Shown: positions 9,302 through 20,073 of the stretch, piece by piece | Numbering within the stretch: position 1 is the first letter of the stretch | Layout of the letters: each line of letters starts with the position of its first letter | From: Candidatus Omnitrophota bacterium | Lineage (GTDB): Bacteria; Omnitrophota; Gorgyraeia; Zapsychrales; Zapsychraceae | Reading direction: 5' to 3' | Assembly (NCBI GenBank): GCA_021108075.1 | Contig: JAIORP010000150.1 | Span: 3,396-67,395, forward strand | Length of the DNA stretch: 64,000 nucleotides | The notes under the pieces: generated by a model | Databases searched by the model: none | Told to the model about the DNA's origin: nothing | The model's input: the letters and a program-made list of their open reading frames with translations, nothing else | Translations under genes and position numbers: made by a program

Positions 9302-11725
9302 ATGAAAAAACAAAAACACCAACATATCCTATCCTGTTTCCTGGCTGTTTTCATGCTCCTTAGCATAATATCCAACCCCCGGTTATCGGCGGAAGACAAC
9401 GCGGAGGAATGGTACCCCTTCTATTTCGAGAACGAACTCGATGAAAACTCTCCTTTAAATATCGGCAAGCTCGTGCTCGACGCCCCGGCCGGGAAACATG
9501 GTTTTGTTAAAGCCGTCGGCGACCATTTTGAATTTGAAGACGGCACTCCGGCCCGGTTCTGGGGGACGAATCTGTCTATGTCCGCCTGCTTCCCTTCCAA
9601 GAAAGACGCTGTCAGCATTGCCGATCGACTGGCCTTTTTTGGGTTCAACGCCGTGCGCCTGCACCACATGGATTTCGCTTTTGAACCGATCGGAATCTTC
9701 AAAGATACCAGCCCGGCGTACAAAAATAAACAACTTAAAGACACTCAAACACTCAGCGAAAAACAACTCGACCGGCTCGACTATCTGATATACCAATTAA
9801 AAAAAAGAGGTATCTATGTCAATATCAATCTTCTTGTTTCCCGTCATTTTACAGAGGCAGACGGAGTGCCCGATGCCAAAACTCTAGGACGCGGGGCTAA
9901 AGCCGTTTCTTTATTCGATCCCAAATTAATCGAGTTACAAAAAAAATACGCCCTGGACCTGTTAACACACTATAACCCCTACACAAAACTGAAATACAAC
10001 AAAGATCCGGTGATCACTTTTGTTGAAATCACAAATGAAAACTCCCTGATGCATTACTGGATGCAAGACAGGTTAAATAGCGATACAGGCCCTTGGAAAA
10101 ACAAGTTATCAGACTATTACCTGGAAGCACTCGACCAGCTTTGGAACAGTTGGTTAGAAAAAAAACACGGATCGGTCAGAAACATCAAAGCCGTCTGGGA
10201 AAATCCCGTCCTTCCAACGTCGCCCCCCTCTTCCACTGAAAACATCCTCCATTCCGACTGGATCGCTGAGAAACATCGTGGAGCAGAAGCTAAAATATCA
10301 AGTTCCGACAATACCTTCTTTATCAACAACATCAAAACGACAAAGACAACCTGGCATTTGCAATTTAAAAACACAAATTTTCCTCTCGTCAAAGACCAAA
10401 TATACAAAATCTCTTTCTGGGCAAAATCTGAAAAAAACAGGCCCCTGACGCTGATCATCATGAAAAACGATGCGCCGTATGACAATTTAGGACTGACAAA
10501 AAAAATAACATTAGAACCGGACTGGAACGACTTCACTTTTTACTTCCGCGCGACCGAGACATACGCTAAGAGCAGAGCAACATTTATCCTAGATAACAAC
10601 ACAACGCCTCTTTTCATTAAAGATATCGTTCTTGCCCCAACCCAACCCCTCGGACTGCAACCAGAAGAACGGCAATCATCCCAGTTCACTTTTACCAGGC
10701 CAACATATTCAAATTTGCCGTTTTATACATCCCAAAGGGCAAAAGACATAAAAGAGTTTTATAAAGCAACACAAAAACAATGCTTAACAGATATGAGATC
10801 ATTCTTAAAAAATCATTGTCGGATCAAAATACCCATAACTGGAATTGGAGGGATCAGGGCGAACGAAGATATAACAACACTAACTGAGACTGATTATATC
10901 GATATCCATGGCTACTGGGACCATCCTTCCTTCCCTAACAAAAAATGGGACATTCAAAATTTTCGTGTGCATAATAAATCCATCTCAACATCACCGAAAC
11001 TAGGCCTTATCTCTGCATTCACCGAACACCAATCAGCCATTAAAAAATTACTGACCTCAAATGCCAAACCGATCACGATATCCGAATGGAACCACTGTTA
11101 TCCCAATCAATACGCGTACGAAACCCCAGTCCTACTGGCCCACTTCGCCCGGAAAAATAATTGGGCCGCCCTTTTTCAATTTGATTTCACTCACCGAAAA
11201 AACTCCCGGCTGGATGAAAAAAAAATCAAGTCTTTCTTCGACATATACGCCAACACCCAGCAATTGATCCTCAATTCAGTCGCCAGCCTGATCTATCATA
11301 AACACAGCGAAACCGCCGAACTTGAAATCGACACGTCTTTCTATAATTATGTCCGTCCCGGCATGAGAATCCTGTGCGGAAATATGAACGGCAAAAAAAT
11401 TCATTTTAAACATCTTGTTATTCAAACATCCGGTATAGGCATCCTGGGCGTCATTGATATCGATGAAAACAGAACGATCCTATTCGCTTTAAGTAAGATT
11501 AGAAACAAAGACAGTCGGTGGGTAGATAACTTATACTCCTGGGGAAATCCTCCGGCACAACTGGAAAAAATGTCAATCACAATTAAAGGGGAAACAGACG
11601 CCTTCTCTATTTATCCTATTGATCGAAAAGGGAAAAAAACCAAACCTGTCAGGCAATCGGGAACAATAACGATAGATACAAACGAGTATCAAACACCGGT
11701 TTATTTGCTTGAAAAATCAAAATAA
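9302..11725 (+). CDS. secreted GH5-like glycoside hydrolase with inserted CBM4/9-like domain
   Basis: Signal peptide; RFWGTN, G-x-N-x-VRLHHMD, EITNEN (acid/base), DIHGYWDHP, ISEWN (nucleophile). Confidence 0.75.
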   Translation: MKKQKHQHILSCFLAVFMLLSIISNPRLSAEDNAEEWYPFYFENELDENSPLNIGKLVLDAPAGKHGFVKAVGDHFEFEDGTPARFWGTNLSMSACFPSKKDAVSIADRLAFFGFNAVRLHHMDFAFEPIGIFKDTSPAYKNKQLKDTQTLSEKQLDRLDYLIYQLKKRGIYVNINLLVSRHFTEADGVPDAKTLGRGAKAVSLFDPKLIELQKKYALDLLTHYNPYTKLKYNKDPVITFVEITNENSLMHYWMQDRLNSDTGPWKNKLSDYYLEALDQLWNSWLEKKHGSVRNIKAVWENPVLPTSPPSSTENILHSDWIAEKHRGAEAKISSSDNTFFINNIKTTKTTWHLQFKNTNFPLVKDQIYKISFWAKSEKNRPLTLIIMKNDAPYDNLGLTKKITLEPDWNDFTFYFRATETYAKSRATFILDNNTTPLFIKDIVLAPTQPLGLQPEERQSSQFTFTRPTYSNLPFYTSQRAKDIKEFYKATQKQCLTDMRSFLKNHCRIKIPITGIGGIRANEDITTLTETDYIDIHGYWDHPSFPNKKWDIQNFRVHNKSISTSPKLGLISAFTEHQSAIKKLLTSNAKPITISEWNHCYPNQYAYETPVLLAHFARKNNWAALFQFDFTHRKNSRLDEKKIKSFFDIYANTQQLILNSVASLIYHKHSETAELEIDTSFYNYVRPGMRILCGNMNGKKIHFKHLVIQTSGIGILGVIDIDENRTILFALSKIRNKDSRWVDNLYSWGNPPAQLEKMSITIKGETDAFSIYPIDRKGKKTKPVRQSGTITIDTNEYQTPVYLLEKSK

Positions 11726-12544
11726 TCATGTTCTTATATCCCTACGAACCGGAAAATTCTTAATTCGAAAATTTTGTAACAGGAAATACCAAAGAAACAA
11801 AAGATTAAGAACCGTATAGCGATACCACAATCTTTTGAAATCCTTACTGAATAACCGGTAAAGCCATTCCAGACCCATTTTACTGATCCATTTCGGAGCC
11901 CGCTTGACACGACCGCCAAAAAAATCAAAAATAGCCCCCGAAGGAACAAAAACCGCGCCCCTGATCTTCTCTATATGCGCGTCAATCCAATAATCCTGTT
12001 TAGGGGTCCCCAGGCCAACACAGATAATATCAGGTTTTAAACGATTGATTTCTTCACAAATTCGCTGATCCTCATTTTCAGTTAAAGCCTTAAAAGGCGG
12101 GGACTTATGTCCCAATATTTTTATATACGGGTAATCACGCTCCAGGTTTTCTTTCATTCTTCTTACAACATCCGGATGTCCGCCGTATAAATAAAAAGTA
12201 TAATTTTTCTCTTCAGCCTTCTCTGCCAATTTAATTAAGACACTTGACGCGTCAAACTGATCAACCTTCCGCCGCATAAACAGGCGCATCCAATAAACGA
12301 ACGGCCTCCCATCCGGACTGATTAAATCGGCTTTACTATAAATTCCTTTTAACCGGTCATTTGTCAAGGCCGACATAATACAGTAAGTATTGATAACGGC
12401 TATATGGTGTGACCTGCGGGCCTTATCTTCAATCCACCCGTCTACCAGCGCGTAAAGGTCATCATATGTAACCGCTTCAATACCGATGCCGAGAAAATTG
12501 TGTTGTTCAAACCTTTCTCTATTCTTATTTTTTATTAACTTCAA
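11726..12544 (-). CDS. WecB/TagA/CpsF glycosyltransferase
   Basis: PDG-x-P, YLYGG, VGLGTPKQD, GAIFDF, RAP-x-W...GLEWLYRL. Confidence 0.92.
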   Translation of the reverse strand: MKLIKNKNRERFEQHNFLGIGIEAVTYDDLYALVDGWIEDKARRSHHIAVINTYCIMSALTNDRLKGIYSKADLISPDGRPFVYWMRLFMRRKVDQFDASSVLIKLAEKAEEKNYTFYLYGGHPDVVRRMKENLERDYPYIKILGHKSPPFKALTENEDQRICEEINRLKPDIICVGLGTPKQDYWIDAHIEKIRGAVFVPSGAIFDFFGGRVKRAPKWISKMGLEWLYRLFSKDFKRLWYRYTVLNLLFLWYFLLQNFRIKNFPVRRDIRT

Positions 12545-13520
12545 TTCTTTTATTTATCCAATCGTATAATTTTTTAATACCATCTTCCAGCTTAACCCGC
12601 GGTTCCCACCCTAAAACCCGCTTTGCTTTTGAAAAATCCGCGCGGCGCCCTTTATCTCCTTCCGGTTTGGTTGTATCAAATTGAATAGGGATATCCTTAC
12701 CGGATAACCGGACGATTGTTTCAGCCAATTGCTTGATCGAAACACAAACCCCGGGGCCGATCTGAATAATACCCTGCCCATACCCTTTTTCAAATGCCAG
12801 GAATAACGCGTTAACAATATCATCAACATGGACAAAAGCTCTTCCCTGACTGCCTGTACCCCAGACGATAAGCGGTTCTCCTGATGAGGTGATAACCTTA
12901 CGGATTAAAGACGGGATGACCTGGCTCCGCGCTTCATCATAATCACACGGAGAACCGTAAACATTATGGAAAACCAAAACTGAAACCGGTATGCCTCGTT
13001 CTTTTTCCATCAACAAAGATTCATATTCCCCCATCAACTTACTCCAGCCATAACCTGATTCGGGGTTGGCAGGGTATTGATCTTCTTCTTTTAACGGCCG
13101 GGCATCAACACCTGTCTGGAGTTGATACGGAAAACTGCATGCCGTACCGACATATAAAAAACCTTTAACAGGATGTTTTCTGACTGAGGAAATAATATTT
13201 GAATTAATCAGCATATTTTGACGGAATATACTGCCCTGGTTATTAAAAACATACCCTATCCCCGCGACAATATCAGCTAAATGCACGATATAATCGACTT
13301 CCTGAACAATACCGTCACAAGAGTCTATGACAGACATATCGATTTCATGAAAGTCTTTCTCCATATCAATAACAGGGGCGCCGGAATCGTCTAACAGATA
13401 TTCTTTCTTACCCCGCCATAAATTATCAACAACCTTGACATGATGCCCTGTTTTAACCAAACGCTTAACAAAATTTGAGCCGATCATTCCCGCGCCACCG
13501 GTAACTAATACTTTTTTCAT
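12525..13520 (-). CDS. NAD-dependent nucleotide-sugar epimerase (GDP-mannose 3,5-epimerase-like)
   Basis: TGGAGMIG, TAC-x-FP, YGWSK, VWG-x-G-x-Q-x-R-x-F. Confidence 0.8.
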   Translation of the reverse strand: MKKVLVTGGAGMIGSNFVKRLVKTGHHVKVVDNLWRGKKEYLLDDSGAPVIDMEKDFHEIDMSVIDSCDGIVQEVDYIVHLADIVAGIGYVFNNQGSIFRQNMLINSNIISSVRKHPVKGFLYVGTACSFPYQLQTGVDARPLKEEDQYPANPESGYGWSKLMGEYESLLMEKERGIPVSVLVFHNVYGSPCDYDEARSQVIPSLIRKVITSSGEPLIVWGTGSQGRAFVHVDDIVNALFLAFEKGYGQGIIQIGPGVCVSIKQLAETIVRLSGKDIPIQFDTTKPEGDKGRRADFSKAKRVLGWEPRVKLEDGIKKLYDWINKRIEVNKK

Positions 13521-13525
13521 TACTT

Positions 13526-14599
13526 CTATTCCTCCTGACTGATACTTTGATATATTCCAACTAATTTACTGACGATCAGATCACTGTCAAACTTATCAGC
13601 GACTATTTGCAAACTTTTTGCGCCCATACGTTCTCTTAAAGCGCGATCTTCACATAACTGCTTTAAAGCCTGATACATACCATCAATGTCACCGGGTTTA
13701 AATAAAAAACCGTTTTCGCCATGCATCACCATTTCAGGGATGCCGGCAACATCGGTCGATATGATCGGATATCCATGCGCCATGGCTTCCAAAATCGACA
13801 TAGGCATTTGTTCGTTATAGGACGGTAAAATCAAAATATTTGATTTTATTAATAATTCTTCCTTCTGCTCTTTTGCACACCAACCGGTAATCGTAACAAG
13901 TTCGTCTAAACCTTCCTCTGCTACGAATTTCTTAAAAATATCTACATCACCGTCACCAGCTAAAATAAAATAAATATTCTTCTCAAGAAAAAATTCTTTA
14001 TGAACTTTTATGCACTCGAACAAATCATATGTGCCTTTACGTTTTCCTAACCTGCCAAGAAATAAAACATGAATGGGATAATGATTTCGTATATTTTTTT
14101 CACAGGCCTTAATGGGATTATACAGAGTTATCACATTTTCACATTGGGCAAAAGACTTAATAATATGTTTCCATCGATCCGACAGAACTAGTATTATGTC
14201 CGCCCGGAGGAACATGAACTTCGTTAGAGCTTGATGAACCTTTGTTTTATGCATAAACTCTTCGAAATCTGACCCATGCAAATGAACAATTGTTTTTCGC
14301 CTGAACAGTTTAGAAATGATGAACAAAATAAATTTTCGGACAAAACTTCCATCCTGCGAGACATGCAGATGAATAATCGGTGATTCTATTTTTAACAAAA
14401 CGAATAAAAAACAAAAAAACGTTCTTACGAAAACACCGGCCTTCAAAAGCTTCGTTCCATCCCGATGACTGGGGATAAAAGTCAAGGACACTTTCCGGTC
14501 CAGGTCGGACCTTAAATACTCATTAACAACAGATGAAATCCCGCCCTGAACATCCAGATCAGGGCTGATCATGATAATTTTTGGAGTGTTTATTGTCAT
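13526..14599 (-). CDS. GT4 glycosyltransferase
   Basis: FLGRLGKRKG; PS-x-x-E-x-x-P-x-SILEAMA. Confidence 0.9.
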   Translation of the reverse strand: MTINTPKIIMISPDLDVQGGISSVVNEYLRSDLDRKVSLTFIPSHRDGTKLLKAGVFVRTFFCFLFVLLKIESPIIHLHVSQDGSFVRKFILFIISKLFRRKTIVHLHGSDFEEFMHKTKVHQALTKFMFLRADIILVLSDRWKHIIKSFAQCENVITLYNPIKACEKNIRNHYPIHVLFLGRLGKRKGTYDLFECIKVHKEFFLEKNIYFILAGDGDVDIFKKFVAEEGLDELVTITGWCAKEQKEELLIKSNILILPSYNEQMPMSILEAMAHGYPIISTDVAGIPEMVMHGENGFLFKPGDIDGMYQALKQLCEDRALRERMGAKSLQIVADKFDSDLIVSKLVGIYQSISQEE

Positions 14600-14614
14600 G
14601 CATTAAAAAATTAT

Positions 14615-15523
14615 TTACTTATCAGGCTTTTGATAAACTAATGTTAATATCGTGCACGCTAAGTCTTCTTTAGAGTATCTTGCGTACTGCTCGTCAATAT
14701 CTAAATTATCAATTGTGCATGTTTCTGTTATCTTTTCCTTTAAAATAAAGCCTTGCTGGTTAAAAATACTTAGCCAATCAGATACTTGCAGTCGATTAAA
14801 ATACTGAACTACATTCTCATACTTCTTAAGCCATGTTTCATCAGAATATCTTATATAATTCTTGGGTGAAACTCGTGTATCATAATGCGCCAAGTGATCA
14901 TCTATTCCAATTTGATGTATAAGAAAACCTCCCGGCTTTAAAAGCCGATACATATTGCTTACTAAATGCTCCACGTTTTCCGAGGATACGTGCTCAAGCA
15001 CATGAAAACTAAAGATACATTTAAGTGATTCATCATCAAAGGCACCTAAATTCCCACTTGTATCAATAACATATTCCAAATTTAACTTCACATATAATTC
15101 TTCGAAATTCTCACATAAGGAAATTTGATGAAAAATTTCGTTTGATGCAGGGTAAGACTTTTTTTGTCCAGTCAACGCTTTCTCAAGCCTTTTAAAATTA
15201 ACCTGTAGCGCTTTAAATTGACGGTTATCCCAAACATCCATCATAGAAATTCTCATAGAAGCGTCATAATATATACGTAAAAAAATTGAAAACCAGTGCA
15301 TCCATCCCGTGCCTAACTCTAAAACCTTATCGTCTGGAAGGATGACATCATACTTTTGGCACAAGTTTAAAAGCAAGAACCCTCTTTCCCGATAAATTTC
15401 AATATCTGTTTTCTTTCTCTTTTCCTGGCCAAACAGATTACCTATTTGTCGATAAAACATCCTTGTCGTAGAATTCAATGAAAAAAACTTCAAAACTTTA
15501 GCTACAAAATAATACTTCAGCAT
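14615..15523 (-). CDS. class I SAM-dependent methyltransferase
   Basis: VLELGTG, S-x-x-VLEHV, LLKPGG. Confidence 0.8.
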   Translation of the reverse strand: MLKYYFVAKVLKFFSLNSTTRMFYRQIGNLFGQEKRKKTDIEIYRERGFLLLNLCQKYDVILPDDKVLELGTGWMHWFSIFLRIYYDASMRISMMDVWDNRQFKALQVNFKRLEKALTGQKKSYPASNEIFHQISLCENFEELYVKLNLEYVIDTSGNLGAFDDESLKCIFSFHVLEHVSSENVEHLVSNMYRLLKPGGFLIHQIGIDDHLAHYDTRVSPKNYIRYSDETWLKKYENVVQYFNRLQVSDWLSIFNQQGFILKEKITETCTIDNLDIDEQYARYSKEDLACTILTLVYQKPDK

Positions 15524-15628
15524 TAACCTTTTCCTTTTTGAAAATTCCTTAAAATTTACTTTTCACCAGCATTAAAATTCAACTAAAAGGGTTTATCACC
15601 ATAACAATGATCAAGAACATTATAAGTT

Positions 15629-16051
15629 TCATCTTTGAATTATCCTCGCGGGAACTCCAACAGCAGTTGAGTTGATCGGTACATCTGTAATAACAACGGC
15701 ATTAGCGCCAATATTGACATTATCACCAAGCGTGATATTTCCTAAAACTTTTGCACCTGCACCTATAATCACATTATTGCCAATTATAGGCGCCCCTGGG
15801 CCAACCCTACCACCGATTGTCACATGTTGATTTATTTGAACGTTATTCCCAATAACACTCTCTTTATGGATGACGATGCCCATACCCATATGAGCAAGAT
15901 GAACATTCTGCCCAATTTTTGTCTCATAAGGGATAAAACAACAAAATGCGAAGCGTAATAATTGTTGAATGATAAAAGGAATCAAAGGAATGTGCCAACT
16001 ATAAAATTTATTCGATAAACGCCAAATATAATATGGCAAATTTGCAGTCAT
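15629..16051 (-). CDS. serine acetyltransferase-like hexapeptide acyltransferase
   Basis: Hexapeptide repeats, IGANAVV-x-x-DVP, VGVPAR. Confidence 0.85.
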   Translation of the reverse strand: MTANLPYYIWRLSNKFYSWHIPLIPFIIQQLLRFAFCCFIPYETKIGQNVHLAHMGMGIVIHKESVIGNNVQINQHVTIGGRVGPGAPIIGNNVIIGAGAKVLGNITLGDNVNIGANAVVITDVPINSTAVGVPARIIQR

Positions 16052-16065
16052 ATAAAAATCCTTTC

Positions 16066-17160
16066 TTACCTTAGCCCTTTATAAACTTTAATTGTTGAAT
16101 CTGCTATCTTGTTCCAATCCAACTTAGTCTGAGCAACACAATACGCATTGTCTCCATATTTTTTACAGGTTTCTTCGTTTAATAGTAATTTAGAAATCGC
16201 TTCAGCTAATAATTTCTCATCCTTCACAGGGACGATGTATCCTGTTTTCCCGTCTTCCAAAATTTCACTTATACTTCCGGCATCTGTTGCGACCACTGGT
16301 TTGCCAAAACCAAAGGCAAGGGGCAAAATCCCACTCTGAGTAGCACTAACATATGGCAGGACAACAATATCAGAATTCTCGAACAAAGTGGCGACCTGAG
16401 AACTTAAAATATAATCATCTATTATCTCGAATTTATTTTTATCCTTTATCAAATTCATATAATAATCTAAAGTCCCAGAAAAATTACCTGCGATACAAAT
16501 TTTATATCTAGAAAACTTTTTAGAGATATAGGGTTCGGCCTTTATCAAATACTCCAATCCCTTATTTGGTCTAATACTCCCAAAGAATAAAATTCGCTTA
16601 TAATTCACAGTCCCAATCAGTTCTTGCCCGTCTGGGCGAATCATCCTTTTATAAAAAGAAAATTCTCCGTGCGGAATGACATGTACATCCTTTTCATTTA
16701 AAGAATAGCGTGAAACTAAGTCTGTTTTCATCTTTTCACCATGTACAATAAAACTTGAAGAATGTTTAATATTCCATTTCTGACTTAAATCCCTATATGT
16801 TCTATTACTTATCCCGTAATGCTGATATGGATCATGCACAGTGAAGACCAACGGAATATCTCGAAATAACCAACGGTACATTGCGAACCAAATATTTCCA
16901 ATCTGTATATGAATGACATCATAAGAACTAAATTCTCGCATTATAGCGTAATAGCTCCAAATATTACGAACATCCCTAATCCGATAATGAGTTATTGCTC
17001 GCTTCTCAATAGAGGGATTCAACACTTTTAAAATAGTTGGATCGCCTCTTTCTACAAATATACCGTCATAAAAAAAAGATACCTGACACTTCCTAGAAAG
17101 CGCATTAGCTAAACATAGAGAATATTCAATTGGACCTGAAAATAGTGCGACTTTTATCAT
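16066..17160 (-). CDS. GT4 glycosyltransferase
   Basis: VIPHG, LFFG-x-IRP-x-KG, VLPY-x-SATQSG. Confidence 0.9.
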   Translation of the reverse strand: MIKVALFSGPIEYSLCLANALSRKCQVSFFYDGIFVERGDPTILKVLNPSIEKRAITHYRIRDVRNIWSYYAIMREFSSYDVIHIQIGNIWFAMYRWLFRDIPLVFTVHDPYQHYGISNRTYRDLSQKWNIKHSSSFIVHGEKMKTDLVSRYSLNEKDVHVIPHGEFSFYKRMIRPDGQELIGTVNYKRILFFGSIRPNKGLEYLIKAEPYISKKFSRYKICIAGNFSGTLDYYMNLIKDKNKFEIIDDYILSSQVATLFENSDIVVLPYVSATQSGILPLAFGFGKPVVATDAGSISEILEDGKTGYIVPVKDEKLLAEAISKLLLNEETCKKYGDNAYCVAQTKLDWNKIADSTIKVYKGLR

Positions 17161-17732
17161 GATAAAAAAGGAAAATGTTTAATTATGTATGTTAGCTTTG
17201 ATTTTCTTTCCCCAATTTTTTTAGCAGGAATTCCACCTACTATTGTCATTGGAGCAACATTTCGCGTTACAACAGCATTTGAGGCTACAACAGCCCCTTT
17301 CCCAATTTTTACTCCAGGCAAAATAGTAACTCTTGAACTTATCCAAACATAATCTTCGATGATGACATCTCCACTTTTTGTATCATGAAAATCTGAATTA
17401 AGGTCGTGCTCTAAAGTAAAAATATTAGTTTCTCTCGCGATATCAACATTATCACCAATACAAATGCGTCCTATTCTACCATCTAATAAACAATAGGAAT
17501 TTATTACCGAGTTGTTTCCAATAACAATTTGATTCTTTTTTAAGGATCGATTCAATATTTCAACATTTGTCAATATGTTAGAGTCGTTTCCTATATTTAC
17601 ATATAATCGTATCAATGGCATTCTAATACAAGCAAAAGGGATACGATTAATCAGTTTATTAAATATATACATGCGTAATGCTTGAATGAACATATATAGT
17701 TGTTTTAATATATAAATTTTTTTTAATTCCAT
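17157..17732 (-). CDS. hexapeptide-repeat O-acetyltransferase
   Basis: ILPGVKIGKGAVVA, VGGIPAK. Confidence 0.85.
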   Translation of the reverse strand: MELKKIYILKQLYMFIQALRMYIFNKLINRIPFACIRMPLIRLYVNIGNDSNILTNVEILNRSLKKNQIVIGNNSVINSYCLLDGRIGRICIGDNVDIARETNIFTLEHDLNSDFHDTKSGDVIIEDYVWISSRVTILPGVKIGKGAVVASNAVVTRNVAPMTIVGGIPAKKIGERKSKLTYIIKHFPFLS

Positions 17733-17745
17733 GATAAGCTTTAAA

Positions 17746-18645
17746 TTACTGTTTTATGATTTTATGTTTGAAATATCCGCCTACGTAGTAAAACATTCTT
17801 TTCATAATATTCATATAAGCCCACAATGAATTGCAGTGACGTTTATAAAACTTAAATTCGATTATTACATTCTGGGGAGATTTTATGTCAAAAAGAGTTT
17901 TTATTAACTGGACAAAACTCCCGTTATGCAATTTTCCCGTATTTGATTCATCATTCCATATTTTTAACATTGGAAAAGCTAACAATTTAAATCCACTCTC
18001 TCCTGCCCGTAAGGTGAAATCACTATCTCCATGATATTGAGGAAAGTTTTTATTATCAAAAAAACCAATTTTCCTAAAGACAGAACTAGGAATTAATGTC
18101 CCCATTCCACCAGACCAATCTGCATCCACAATATTATGATATTTCTCTGAATCTACCTGATTAAATCCTGTTAATTTCTTCATTCCTTTTCTTTTGTCAA
18201 ACAAACAGCCCATATTGAAGATTACATTAGGTCGATCTAAATAATAAATTTTTGATAATACAATAATATTATTTTTTAAAGATTTTATTATTATATACAA
18301 TTCCTTAAAATAATTAACTGCTGGTTTAGTGTCATGATTCCATAGCAAAATATAATCACAAGAATAATTATTCAGTGCATATTTGACACCTACATTTACT
18401 GCTCCCGACCACCAAAGATTCCCATCCCCTTTTAAAACAACTATATTCGGATAATTATCTTTGAACCAGTCAGCAGTTCCATCAGTCGAGCCATCATCAA
18501 CAAAAATAATCTTAATATCATCTTTGTGCCCAGAAAAATTAATGGATGCGATAAGATATTTCATATATTTCTTAATACAACTTAAACCATTATGCACAGG
18601 GCAAATTATTGATATCACGATGACCTCATAGTTGATTCTTAGCAT
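17746..18645 (-). CDS. GT2 glycosyltransferase
   Basis: PVHN, VDDGSTDGT, GDGNLWWSG. Confidence 0.88.
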   Translation of the reverse strand: MLRINYEVIVISIICPVHNGLSCIKKYMKYLIASINFSGHKDDIKIIFVDDGSTDGTADWFKDNYPNIVVLKGDGNLWWSGAVNVGVKYALNNYSCDYILLWNHDTKPAVNYFKELYIIIKSLKNNIIVLSKIYYLDRPNVIFNMGCLFDKRKGMKKLTGFNQVDSEKYHNIVDADWSGGMGTLIPSSVFRKIGFFDNKNFPQYHGDSDFTLRAGESGFKLLAFPMLKIWNDESNTGKLHNGSFVQLIKTLFDIKSPQNVIIEFKFYKRHCNSLWAYMNIMKRMFYYVGGYFKHKIIKQ

Positions 18646-18755
18646 TGTCCATAATAAACAAGGCCGTTTTATAAACTTTAATTATTTAGGAATATATGTT
18701 TTTCTTGATTATAAAAAAGCGAACTGCTGATATCTTTTTTGTTCATTATCTTTCT

Positions 18756-19967
18756 TTATTTTGTTATTTCATAGTTTCCTGGATGCAAAAGAAAACCAAT
18801 AATTGATATTGGAAATACTATTTGAATAATGCCACCACTAAAATTATATGAATGTCCCCAAAATGCAGGAACAACACACCAAAATATTGCAATGTTGATA
18901 ATTAATCTTGGCCTAGCGCAAGAATATTTCCAATAATTACGTATTATTACTGCATAAAATATTATAAATAGAATCAAACTTACTATCCCCGAATGAAGAG
19001 CCAATGATAAAAATGCAGAGTGTGGATCTTGTATTGTGCGTTCAAAAAGACCTGTTGAGATGTCTGATTTTAAAAAGTTTTCATTGCCATAACCAATCCA
19101 AGGTTTTTTTAGTATTCCCGTTATTGCTAATTTCCAAATTTCTAATCTATATAAGAAATCATTCATGAGTTTTTCTGTTAAGTCATTATTAAATTTGTAA
19201 TTAATAAAATAAAATAATACTAATGAATTAATCAATAGGAAAAGGTGTATCAGAATATTTTTAATATGCCAATTTATATTTTTGTAGCTTGGAAATATTA
19301 TCAAAAACGCACATAGAATTGTTGGAATTAAGACACTTCTACAATCAGTAAAAATTACAAATAACAACATTAATGCGGATAACAAGAAATACGTATATTT
19401 TTCTTTTTTTGTCCTGCTTATAGTTGCTCCAATTAAAGATAAAAGCATATTCATGCCACAAAGCATTGCAGTGTTTGCTGCTGGAAAAGCGCCACCTAAG
19501 CGCGATGAAAAATCATTATGATTGAGATGTATTAAAGGCGTACTCCCTCCTCTATATAAATGTAATAGTACGCATGCAAATGTTATAGTAGTGATTGTCA
19601 TAGTAAATATCGAAAAGGCTTTTTTTAATTCTAAACTATGCAACAGCGATACTGAAAACAAAACTATTCCAAAACTAAAAAATATTGCAATAAAATTTTT
19701 CAAAGATAAAAAAATATTAGGTCGTAAAAAAGAGATTATAAACAAATTAAATAGAATTAAAAAAATGATTAATTTATTTGGCATGTTAATTTTTAAATGC
19801 TTTAACAAAATTAAAAAAACAATTAATTCTAAAGCTGTTATGCCCAAATAAAAAATTCCATTACTTCCAGGATATGCAACAATAACCATTCCTTTACCCC
19901 AATTCCCAAAATTAAAAGCAATAAGCCATATAGTAACAAAGAATATAATTGATATTTTTTTTTGCAT
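18756..19967 (-). CDS. Wzy polymerase / O-antigen ligase-like membrane protein
   Basis: Many TM helices; R-x-x-IW, PWIGYG, PHS motif. Confidence 0.75.
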   Translation of the reverse strand: MQKKISIIFFVTIWLIAFNFGNWGKGMVIVAYPGSNGIFYLGITALELIVFLILLKHLKINMPNKLIIFLILFNLFIISFLRPNIFLSLKNFIAIFFSFGIVLFSVSLLHSLELKKAFSIFTMTITTITFACVLLHLYRGGSTPLIHLNHNDFSSRLGGAFPAANTAMLCGMNMLLSLIGATISRTKKEKYTYFLLSALMLLFVIFTDCRSVLIPTILCAFLIIFPSYKNINWHIKNILIHLFLLINSLVLFYFINYKFNNDLTEKLMNDFLYRLEIWKLAITGILKKPWIGYGNENFLKSDISTGLFERTIQDPHSAFLSLALHSGIVSLILFIIFYAVIIRNYWKYSCARPRLIINIAIFWCVVPAFWGHSYNFSGGIIQIVFPISIIGFLLHPGNYEITK

Positions 19968-20073
19968 TTATTAAAGTCTTTTTAAAATAATTTAAATTTT
20001 ATAAAACATTTTCCTCGCATACCACTTTGTTTCATACAAAGCCTTATTTATTTAAATTAAAATCATAAATAAA